Origin: a virus
Strand: one strand, 5' to 3'
DNA length: 35,948 nt
Virus record (IMG/VR): IMGVR_UViG_3300045988_029071
Span: 1 to 35,948 of that record
Part shown: positions 1-6,891 of the stretch, piece after piece
Position numbering within the stretch: the first letter of the stretch is position 1
Layout: each line of letters starts with the position of its first letter
Notes under the pieces: generated by a model
The model's database searches: none
Told to the model about the DNA's origin: nothing
Seen by the model: only the letters and a program-made list of their open reading frames with translations
Program-made: the position numbers and the translations under genes

Positions 1-55
1 TGCTTGATATGACGGGCTTTTTATAAAATCATTATTTAACGGCTTCTTTAAGAGC
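1..55. repeat. Terminal 55-bp exact direct repeat, left copy (att core or circular-contig overlap)
   Basis: Bases 1-55 (TGCTTGATATGACGGGC...TTAAGAGC) are identical to 35894-35948. The window starts and ends exactly on the repeat. Confidence 0.9.
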
Positions 56-162
56 CAACAATATTTTGTAAGTATACAATAGAACGAAACCTTATAAAAT
101 AGGCACAAATAAGAAATAAACTACATATATTTTTTACCATAAAAATATAAAAGTTTTAACCT

Positions 163-183
163 TTTGCCCCTTTTTTGCCCCCT
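163..183 (+). repeat. 21-bp TTTGCCCC-TTTTTT-GCCCCCT motif, left copy (candidate integrase arm-type site)
   Basis: TTTGCCCCTTTTTTGCCCCCT matches 35839-35859 at 20 of 21 positions. Each copy is itself a tandem of TTTGCCCC. Confidence 0.5.
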
Positions 184-213
184 GTTTTTTTCAAAAAAAC
201 TTTATAAAAACGC

Positions 214-242
214 TTGACTTTATACAACTTTAGTTGTGTAAT
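214..242 (+). promoter_or_regulatory. Sigma-70-type promoter with a palindromic operator in its spacer
   Basis: TTGACT (214-219), a 17-nt spacer, then TGTAAT (237-242). The spacer contains the perfect palindrome ACAACT-TT-AGTTGT (224-237). Confidence 0.55.
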
Positions 243-301
243 AGATACATAAGGTTAAGGAGGAAACCTTAGACAAGGAAACTAGTAGAAAGGAAAACAA
301 A

Positions 302-406
302 ATGTTTAAGTTCAAAAAGAAGCCACTCAAAGTCAAAACAAATAAGATAGTCATCAAAATAAACTTATTTATAATCAGCTTTGAATGGCACTTAGAAATT
401 GGATAG
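302..406 (+). CDS. 34-codon mini-ORF a (MFKFKKKPLKVKTNKIVIKINLFIISFEWHLEIG); coding status uncertain
   Basis: ATG at 302 with a weak AAAGGA Shine-Dalgarno sequence. The TAG stop (404-406) lies inside the first hairpin stem. The sequence is AT-rich, so it may be a non-coding leader. Confidence 0.25.
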   Translation: MFKFKKKPLKVKTNKIVIKINLFIISFEWHLEIG

Positions 407-437
407 TGAGAAATCACTATCCGCCCCTTCGGGGGTG
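402..437 (+). other. Two abutting RNA hairpins with GAAA and UUCG tetraloops
   Basis: GATAGTGA-GAAA-TCACTATC (402-421, 8 bp perfect) is followed directly by CGCCCC-TTCG-GGGGTG (422-437, 6 bp including one G-U). No U-tract follows, so this is not a classical terminator. Confidence 0.6.
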
Positions 438-462
438 TACTTAAATTATAACAGGAAAAACA

Positions 463-567
463 ATGAAAGTAAATCTAAAAATTAGAAAAACCACCAAGCG
501 TGAAAAAGTTGAATTTATTATCGGACTTCTTCTACTTCTATTTGCAGTTTGGTATTTTATGAGGTAA
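463..567 (+). CDS. 34-aa basic/hydrophobic membrane peptide (MKVNLKIRKTTKREKVEFIIGLLLLLFAVWYFMR)
   Basis: ATG at 463. The TAA stop lies 3 nt before the next gene's ATG, and the GAGG Shine-Dalgarno sequence for that gene sits in this ORF's last codons. It has one predicted TM segment. Confidence 0.4.
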   Translation: MKVNLKIRKTTKREKVEFIIGLLLLLFAVWYFMR

Positions 568-570
568 TAT

Positions 571-762
571 ATGTCAGTAGATATTAAAGCTATCCGCTGG
601 CTTTTAGACAACGCCACAGCCTATGCTATCAGCAAAAACTGTGGCGTATCAATTCAGGCAGTAGATAAATATAAAAATGGTGTATCGGATATAATGAACA
701 TGCGTTTAAAACACGCAATCAATATGACTGAATACGCCTATAAATTAAAAGACAAACAGTGA
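571..762 (+). CDS. 63-aa mini helix-turn-helix protein (XRE-like)
   Basis: It is in the ORF track. The segment AYAISKNCGVSIQAVDKYKNGVSDI fits the XRE HTH pattern. It is translationally coupled to the upstream peptide and followed by an intrinsic terminator. Confidence 0.6.
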   Translation: MSVDIKAIRWLLDNATAYAISKNCGVSIQAVDKYKNGVSDIMNMRLKHAINMTEYAYKLKDKQ

Positions 763-790
763 TATTTTTTCACTGCTTTTTTATTTTTAA
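757..790 (+). terminator. Rho-independent terminator of the + strand mini-operon
   Basis: The stem CAGTGA/TCACTG (757-762 / 770-775) includes the TGA stop and is followed by CTTTTTTATTTTT. Confidence 0.6.
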
Positions 791-795
791 CAAAC

Positions 796-820
796 AAAAA
801 AAACCGTGATTTCTCACGGT
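796..820 (-). terminator. Rho-independent terminator oriented for the - strand
   Basis: The stem ACCGTGA/TCACGGT (803-809 / 814-820, 7 bp, loop TTTC) has an A-run at 796-802 on +, which is a U-run on the - strand. Confidence 0.6.
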
Positions 821-902
821 CATTAAAACATTTCATTATCTGCTTTCATTTCAACAAGCAAAGAAATTTAAATTTTTTTATTTCAGAAACTACTTTCAGA
901 GT

Positions 903-926
903 AATTTTGTTGACGTCAACAAAATT
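903..926. repeat. 24-bp perfect palindrome AATTTTGTTGAC/GTCAACAAAATT
   Basis: Read directly from the sequence. It is self-complementary over all 24 nt and centred on GACGTC. Confidence 0.9.
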
Positions 927-984
927 GGCAACCAAGCGATTTAATACTATTTGTTGATCTCAGCAAGTCAATTTTCAGAGCAAA

Positions 985-1012
985 CAAAAAACCGCTAGCG
1001 AATGCCAGCGGT
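985..1012 (-). terminator. Rho-independent terminator of the lysis cassette
   Basis: The - strand reads ACCGCTGGC-ATTC-GCTAGCGGT (9 bp with one G-U) followed by TTTTTGTTTG, 31 nt after the endolysin stop. Confidence 0.7.
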
Positions 1013-1042
1013 AAAGTGTAATTAAATTTTGATTTCTTTCTA

Positions 1043-1930
1043 TTATTTAGTAGTAATAAGCCCGTCAGGCTCTACGTTGAATGCTTCTTTTTCAGCCATT
1101 CGCCCGTCAGGAAGTAGCAAGTACCAGCCATTTTTGTATTTAACAAAACAATCTGACTTCATTTCGCCATTGACTGCATCGAGGTAGTACCACTTGTCGT
1201 AGTATTTAACCCAGCCGGTTTGCATAGCTCCATCACGGTTGAAATAATACCATTTATTATTAACCTTTTTCCAACTTGTAGCCATGTACCCGTCTTTGTC
1301 AAACCAATACCAGCACCCGTCCGTGTGCTTGAGCCATTTTTCAGAATACATATATCCGGATTCGTCAAAATAGAACCATGATTTGTTTTCTTCGATATAC
1401 TCGAACTCACTTTTCGGATATGTCCCATTTGCTCGAGCGTACCAATCGCCTTTATCGTCCGACTGCCAACCTTTTTTCACTTCTTCCGGTTGAGCGTTTG
1501 GATTGGTCAAGCGGTAGATATAAAAGTATGGTTGTCCAGCGTAATACCAGCGTTCGTCATGATTGTTGATTGAGATACCATTATATGCATAATTACAATG
1601 AATGATGTTGTCACTATCAATAAACATACCAGTATGCCCGAACGCTCCAGCGCTTGCTCCACGCTTGCCCCAGATGAAGATGTCTCCACGTTGGGCGTTA
1701 CATTCGGTATTTTCAGCGATAAGCTCATAACCGTTTTTAATAAGCCAGTCGTGCATATATTCAGTATTTACTGCCCAGCCAGCAGATACTGCTCCAGCGC
1801 TCCTCAAAGAATAATACATAGCTGATGAGCAGTCGTAAGAGTCGTCTCCGTCTCTATATTCCATGCTGTAGGACACTTTGCCCTCTCTAGCTTCCATCCA
1901 TGCAATAGCTGTTTCAATATTGATTGTCAT
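1043..1930 (-). CDS. Endolysin: Amidase_5/CHAP-superfamily catalytic domain plus choline-binding repeats (Pal/Skl-like architecture)
   Basis: The N-terminus has [18 protein letters not shown] and IHCNY motifs typical of phage Amidase_5 lysins. The C-terminus has GW/YY repeats ending [30 protein letters not shown], very like the LytA C-terminal choline-binding domain. Confidence 0.9.
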   Translation of the reverse strand: MTINIETAIAWMEAREGKVSYSMEYRDGDDSYDCSSAMYYSLRSAGAVSAGWAVNTEYMHDWLIKNGYELIAENTECNAQRGDIFIWGKRGASAGAFGHTGMFIDSDNIIHCNYAYNGISINNHDERWYYAGQPYFYIYRLTNPNAQPEEVKKGWQSDDKGDWYARANGTYPKSEFEYIEENKSWFYFDESGYMYSEKWLKHTDGCWYWFDKDGYMATSWKKVNNKWYYFNRDGAMQTGWVKYYDKWYYLDAVNGEMKSDCFVKYKNGWYLLLPDGRMAEKEAFNVEPDGLITTK

Positions 1931-1945
1931 ACGTTTTACCTTTCA

Positions 1946-2212
1946 TTAGTCTTCGTTTGGTTCTGTATAAGTCAACGCTCTTTCACTATCTGAAAGTCCG
2001 GCGGTTGTCGGATCATTGACAACGCCAACCAATACTAGAAACGCAAATAAAACATTGATAAACACTAGAATTTTATCGACTGTATCGCCAAACTCTAGTG
2101 AAAAATTGAAGATATTCGCAAATGCTTGCGCAAGTAGTGCCAAAGCCGGTACTAAAGCAAGCCAAAAGTTTTTATTTTTAAGTCGTACTGACCAGTTAAT
2201 CTTGTTCATCAT
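1946..2212 (-). CDS. Holin (phi-LC3-family-like)
   Basis: 88 aa starting MMNKINWSVRLKNKNFWLALVPALALLAQ, with two hydrophobic segments. It lies directly upstream of the lysin and has an ATGATGA overlap with the preceding gene. Confidence 0.8.
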   Translation of the reverse strand: MMNKINWSVRLKNKNFWLALVPALALLAQAFANIFNFSLEFGDTVDKILVFINVLFAFLVLVGVVNDPTTAGLSDSERALTYTEPNED

Positions 2213-2619
2213 TTTTCCTCTATGATTTCTAGTTCGAGAAATTTCTCAAACAATATTTTGATAGCACCGTTTCCGCCTAACTCGACGTAACTTTCATAAA
2301 GTCGTGAAAGTTCTTCGATTTCATGCTGACTTGTCTGTCCACGTTGTATTGCTTTTTTCAAGTTTTCTTGCAATCGAAAACGTTGTAACCGTTGCAAACC
2401 TTTGCCAATAAGCGAAAGATTATCCCGATTTTCTCGTCCAATTTCAGCAACTTCACTAACTGATTTTTCAAGTTCCCTGATTTTATCCGTAAGAACGTTG
2501 ATTTGTTTTTCAGTTTCTTTTGTATTTTGCGTACTTTTGAACGAGAAATAACTTGGAATCATCACTACAAGAATTGTCGTGATGCGTTCCATAAATACCG
2601 ACCAATCCAATTTAACCAC
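2209..2619 (-). CDS. N-terminally membrane-anchored coiled-coil protein (possible second holin/lysis regulator)
   Basis: 136 aa with a hydrophobic ITTILVVMIPSYFSF segment followed by coiled-coil sequence. The start is uncertain: the GTG at 2619 has a poorly spaced Shine-Dalgarno sequence, and a TTG or ATG further in is possible. Confidence 0.5.
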   Translation of the reverse strand: MVKLDWSVFMERITTILVVMIPSYFSFKSTQNTKETEKQINVLTDKIRELEKSVSEVAEIGRENRDNLSLIGKGLQRLQRFRLQENLKKAIQRGQTSQHEIEELSRLYESYVELGGNGAIKILFEKFLELEIIEEK

Positions 2620-2639
2620 CCCTTTTCTGAAATAGTGGT

Positions 2640-3254
2640 CTATTGAACGGGTTGTGTGTCTAGCTCGTTAGATGGGTTCTCCGGTTTTGGTTCAGTCCAC
2701 TTCCAGACGCCCAGCTTACCGTTTCGTTCAAGGTCTGCGAGTTGTTCAAGCGTCTGTCCCTGGTAAGTAAAAGGTTCGTTGACTTGAATCATGACACGTT
2801 GACCTTCTTGAAATTTCTCAACGTGGTTTGGATTTTCAAGCGTGAAGATTTCTTGTGGTTTGTAAGTCTTGCCAGTTTGTCCGAGGTCAACCAATTCAAG
2901 ACCACGTTTAAATAATGTAGGATCTAGCGGATGGTCAACATCGGTCACACGAACCAATACCGCCCAATCTGCGACGGATTTTACTTCCGCAATTTTAACA
3001 TCTTTCTGTTCAAGTTTTGCTTCGTATTCTTGTGCTTGTGTTTGCAAGTCTTCTTGAAGTTTCTTCACCCCGTCCGCTGGATTTAATTCAGTAGCGACTT
3101 GACCGAGTACCGCTTGGATAAGAACTTCGTCTGTTTCGTTCACACGGTCACCGAGCAAAACACGGTCAAATGCTGTGTATGGTGCATCTTGTCGAATTGC
3201 TACGAATGTACGGTTGTTTTCTTGCAAGTATTTGTTGATGATTTTAAATGCCAT
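2640..3254 (-). CDS. Hypothetical protein between tail fibre and lysis genes
   Basis: 204-aa ORF with an AAGGA Shine-Dalgarno sequence 8 nt upstream of the ATG, packed in the operon. Confidence 0.65.
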   Translation of the reverse strand: MAFKIINKYLQENNRTFVAIRQDAPYTAFDRVLLGDRVNETDEVLIQAVLGQVATELNPADGVKKLQEDLQTQAQEYEAKLEQKDVKIAEVKSVADWAVLVRVTDVDHPLDPTLFKRGLELVDLGQTGKTYKPQEIFTLENPNHVEKFQEGQRVMIQVNEPFTYQGQTLEQLADLERNGKLGVWKWTEPKPENPSNELDTQPVQ

Positions 3255-3257
3255 ATA

Positions 3258-3470
3258 CTATTCCTTTTCTAATTTTTCTGCGGTTTCGTCAAACAATTCT
3301 TTTAGTTTTTCATCTGATTGTAAGACTTTGTTGACTTTTAAAAGTTGCTCTTGAGTTTCTTCAAGTTTAGTTTGTGCTTCTTCGTAAAGCACCTTGTAAT
3401 TTGCACGTTCAATCGTCGAATTTGCGAATTGAATTGCTATCTCGTTAATTACTTTGTCTGCTTGGTTCAT
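3258..3470 (-). CDS. Small coiled-coil hypothetical protein
   Basis: 70 aa with an AAGGG Shine-Dalgarno sequence. It follows the Tal gene directly. Confidence 0.6.
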   Translation of the reverse strand: MNQADKVINEIAIQFANSTIERANYKVLYEEAQTKLEETQEQLLKVNKVLQSDEKLKELFDETAEKLEKE

Positions 3471-3480
3471 GGTTCCCTTT

Positions 3481-6400
3481 CTACACTTTAGTTCTGTAAT
3501 ATCCTGGTGCTCCTAAATTATTATATTTAAAATGATCTTCAATACCTTTAAAATTCTTGTCAATTAAATCTAGGATTGTCACCAACGAGGTTCCTCTGAA
3601 ATAAATATTATCTAAATTACTAATAGTACGGCTTTCTGTATTCATAATGATTCCACCGCCTAGCGAATTGGGCATAAAGTCCATAGTCTTGCCATAAAAA
3701 GTTATAGCGGTTTGAATATTACTTCCTGAACGACCGTTCCAAATTTGAATACCAGCAGAAGTATGTTCAATCCCTGTAACACCATTTCGGTTACTCATTA
3801 ATTGAGTATATGCACCAGGAACATCGTTGATTGCCCCTTGCCCGAAAATAAGGTATTGTAGTGGTTTATTATCGAATCTATTTCTAATTCCGACAGCTTC
3901 GGTATTCATATCGATCCAACCGCTTTGTAAGTCAAATGTGGTTTTCCCGTTTAGCGATGAAATTCGACCACCTTTTATATGATTCCCTGTGAAGTCAATA
4001 GACTGTATCTTAGTAATAGTCGCTTGTTTCGCAAACAACTCATTGATAAATGCTTGTTGTGATACCAACCGCTGGATGAATGCAGTATCAAATTTAACCT
4101 TCTCTGCGGTTACTGCTTCAGCTCCTAAAATGTTGGTAGTCACTGAACCAGCTTCAAAATTGGCCGTTTTGAGTTTATCAATCATGGCTGACTTGATAAC
4201 CGCATTATCAATCAAGGTATCGCCTGTGATGTGGGTGGCTCTACCGATAATACGGTTATTCCCGTTTGCGCCTAAATTAATACCAGAAATTAAGTCACCA
4301 GCGCTATTTAAATTTTTGATGGCGTATGATCCAGCGAGTTGCGTAACTTGTGTCCGTACTGCTTCGATTGGTTCTTCTGAATCTTCAGGCGATGGTTGCC
4401 ACTTGCGGTCATTTGTGCCCTCGTAGAAATCAAGCTCAGTCATGAATAAACCACCCCATTTATTCGGGTTGCTTTTTTCATACTCGAATTGCAAATAGCC
4501 GTCATCGTAGTCACCGACGTTAAATTTGAATGTCTTCTTTATCGCTTTTGCATTGTCAAAAACCGAGCCTTCAGCCCATCGAGGTTTGCCATCAAAAACG
4601 AGCTGTTTTTCTTCAAAATCTGCCGTTGAACCTTTTTTTCGCTTGCAAAAATACACTCTAAAATATTTCGAGTTGCTATCAAATCCTAAAATATTTAGAA
4701 TATAATCAGTATTTCGTTTGATAATGAAACGTGGACTTTTAACAACTGCACCAGTGCTTAACTCAAACATACGCTTTTGTCCGTTAAAATAGAACTTATG
4801 CGATGTAAACCATAACCGTCCATTCGCTTCCGTCCAGTATTTCAACTCATCATCTGCTCGTGAATTTCGGAGCATATTCGGGCCACCTTGCGTTGAATAC
4901 TTCCCGACTTCTGTCTGAAAAACTTGGTTGCTCATAACCATTCGAGAAACGTTGTTTGATACGTCGTTTTCTGCGCCACCCAAAATTCGCTCATAAAGTT
5001 GAGCTGTTTCTTTAACATGTTGAAAGTCTGCTTGATTTACTTTTCCGTCAACCTTGCTTGACATTTGAGCCATGCGACCGTTGATATCTTCTGTAAACGT
5101 GCTGAACATCTGAACGTTGTTCGCTGTCGTTTGATTGATTCTTAGGTTGATACCGTTCAAATCCGCTTGATAATCACTTTTAAACGTTGTCATATCGCCT
5201 AAAATTTGATCGCTCAGTCTCTTGGCTTTATACGCTAAATCAGCACTTGTGCCAGCCTTTTTCAAGGCTTCTTCTGAATTGGCTTTGACTTCTTCAAATC
5301 CAGCCGGGCTGAAATCTTGAAACCTTCGATTGATTTCTTCGGATAACGAATGTTTGTTTTCTTCAGTTTTAGCTTCAACAAGCTTGATTTGATCACTAAA
5401 ATCTTGCTTGATTTGGTCAACCTTAGCGTCGAACTCTCTATCTGCTTCTTCAATTTTATTTTGAAGTTGAGCTTCAAAGTTATCAAATTGTAAAATCTTT
5501 TTTGTTATGGTTCCAGCGTACGAATATTGCGCATCGTTGCCAGCTTTGCTGTCGGCACTAATACGACCACGAAGCCCGCCTTTGAAGTTGAAAGATTGAC
5601 TCAAAATTGGAGATTTGAACTTCTCCCCTGTGTTGGTTTTGATGGTCACCCATTGGCCAACATCAAGTAATAGATACCCTTGATAATTCAGGCTAAACGG
5701 ATAGTACCTGATATCCTTGATATTGTAATAGAGGTTGTCTAAGGCAGACTGGTACATCAACACATTCTCAATTTCAAGAGAACGACCTGTACGCAATCCA
5801 ACCGTGAGTGTTTCTTTATCCTTTTTACAGGTTATCCCTGCGATTTGATACTCAACTTCACTTCTAGTTAAGCCGTGTAAGAAGTAATTATCTGCTGTAA
5901 TCGTGATACCCGAATCAGTCAACCCTTTGATTTCAAGTTTCCCTTCCCGGTTGAAAAAACAAGACATCCCAAGTATTTGAGTCGATAAGCTCAAAACATC
6001 TCGAAATGTCATTTTTTTATTTTCAGGCACCTTGTCAATTTGATAATTCATAGATGCAATACCCATGTTTTCATTGGCAAGTTCGACACCTGTTTTTAAA
6101 CAGATTTCTTTGATCACATTTTTAATATCTGCTGGGTAGGTTAAGTCTGTGACATATTCACGGTTCAACTTAAACATGCCATCCATGAGGTCTAACGTAG
6201 TAGTGTTACGATTTCGGTCGATTTCAATGTCGTTGACAAAATACTCTCCCATTTTAACCCATTCATAGGTTCCATCGACCAAAAGGCCAATCTCTGGGTG
6301 AATTTTATCTAACTTATAAAAAGTGGTAATGATGCTCGTAAAGACGATTTTAGCACTGCCTGCGCATGTTCCACCAGGCTTATAAGTGTCACCCTTAATA

Positions 6401-6522
6401 TAGCCATAATCAAAACTAGCTTCTTTGATATCACCTGATTGATACTGTCCTACTCTGATAGCAAGAGTACGGTTTTTAGCGAACATCGCTTCATTGAATT
6501 TATGTCGTCTGAATATATCCAT
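3481..6522 (-). CDS. Tail-associated protein / receptor-binding minor structural protein (Tal-like)
   Basis: 1013 aa. Its position after the tape measure and Dit-like gene fits this role. The N-terminal region resembles prophage tail endopeptidase / minor structural protein N-termini, followed by a central coiled-coil (residues about 340-480) and a large C-terminal domain. Confidence 0.7.
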   Translation of the reverse strand: MDIFRRHKFNEAMFAKNRTLAIRVGQYQSGDIKEASFDYGYIKGDTYKPGGTCAGSAKIVFTSIITTFYKLDKIHPEIGLLVDGTYEWVKMGEYFVNDIEIDRNRNTTTLDLMDGMFKLNREYVTDLTYPADIKNVIKEICLKTGVELANENMGIASMNYQIDKVPENKKMTFRDVLSLSTQILGMSCFFNREGKLEIKGLTDSGITITADNYFLHGLTRSEVEYQIAGITCKKDKETLTVGLRTGRSLEIENVLMYQSALDNLYYNIKDIRYYPFSLNYQGYLLLDVGQWVTIKTNTGEKFKSPILSQSFNFKGGLRGRISADSKAGNDAQYSYAGTITKKILQFDNFEAQLQNKIEEADREFDAKVDQIKQDFSDQIKLVEAKTEENKHSLSEEINRRFQDFSPAGFEEVKANSEEALKKAGTSADLAYKAKRLSDQILGDMTTFKSDYQADLNGINLRINQTTANNVQMFSTFTEDINGRMAQMSSKVDGKVNQADFQHVKETAQLYERILGGAENDVSNNVSRMVMSNQVFQTEVGKYSTQGGPNMLRNSRADDELKYWTEANGRLWFTSHKFYFNGQKRMFELSTGAVVKSPRFIIKRNTDYILNILGFDSNSKYFRVYFCKRKKGSTADFEEKQLVFDGKPRWAEGSVFDNAKAIKKTFKFNVGDYDDGYLQFEYEKSNPNKWGGLFMTELDFYEGTNDRKWQPSPEDSEEPIEAVRTQVTQLAGSYAIKNLNSAGDLISGINLGANGNNRIIGRATHITGDTLIDNAVIKSAMIDKLKTANFEAGSVTTNILGAEAVTAEKVKFDTAFIQRLVSQQAFINELFAKQATITKIQSIDFTGNHIKGGRISSLNGKTTFDLQSGWIDMNTEAVGIRNRFDNKPLQYLIFGQGAINDVPGAYTQLMSNRNGVTGIEHTSAGIQIWNGRSGSNIQTAITFYGKTMDFMPNSLGGGIIMNTESRTISNLDNIYFRGTSLVTILDLIDKNFKGIEDHFKYNNLGAPGYYRTKV

Positions 6523-6529
6523 GTTCTAC

Positions 6530-6880
6530 CTACCTTTCTATCAGATTGAACTTAGCACCAGACCAAGGTTTGAACTTCTCAGTAAATGAATAGCTAGGAG
6601 CCGTTCTGTCTCCAACATAAAAAGTCTTCGTGGTTTGACCCGACATAGGGTCAGGATAGGACACCGTAAAAAATTCAGGTGATACGGCATTTAAAAGTTG
6701 ACTCATTTCATCTTGAGTCAGCATGCCCCACTCACAATCTAATTTACGTTTAACCGTGATACGGTCACGCACCATGTCTCCGTTTGCGTTACGCCCTGTT
6801 TCTCCGTCTATGTCCTGAATACCGACCTGAAAAGATTTGGGAGGCTTAACAGCCACCCCGTTAATAATTAAGCGTGCCAT
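6530..6880 (-). CDS. Small distal-tail (Dit-like) component
   Basis: 116 aa located between the tape measure and Tal genes. The assignment rests on position and size only. Confidence 0.4.
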   Translation of the reverse strand: MARLIINGVAVKPPKSFQVGIQDIDGETGRNANGDMVRDRITVKRKLDCEWGMLTQDEMSQLLNAVSPEFFTVSYPDPMSGQTTKTFYVGDRTAPSYSFTEKFKPWSGAKFNLIER

Positions 6881-6891
6881 TTTACCTCCCT

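Noticed and set aside
220-417. 65-aa hydrophobic - strand ORF overlapping the mini-operon promoter and mini-ORF a
   Set aside because: It has a GTG start whose only Shine-Dalgarno-like sequence is part of the UUCG hairpin. It runs antisense into the 214-242 promoter, no - strand promoter is visible upstream, and the hydrophobicity may simply reflect T-rich sequence. It was not adopted, but it cannot be excluded. A type I toxin/antisense arrangement with the + strand transcript would be the alternative reading.
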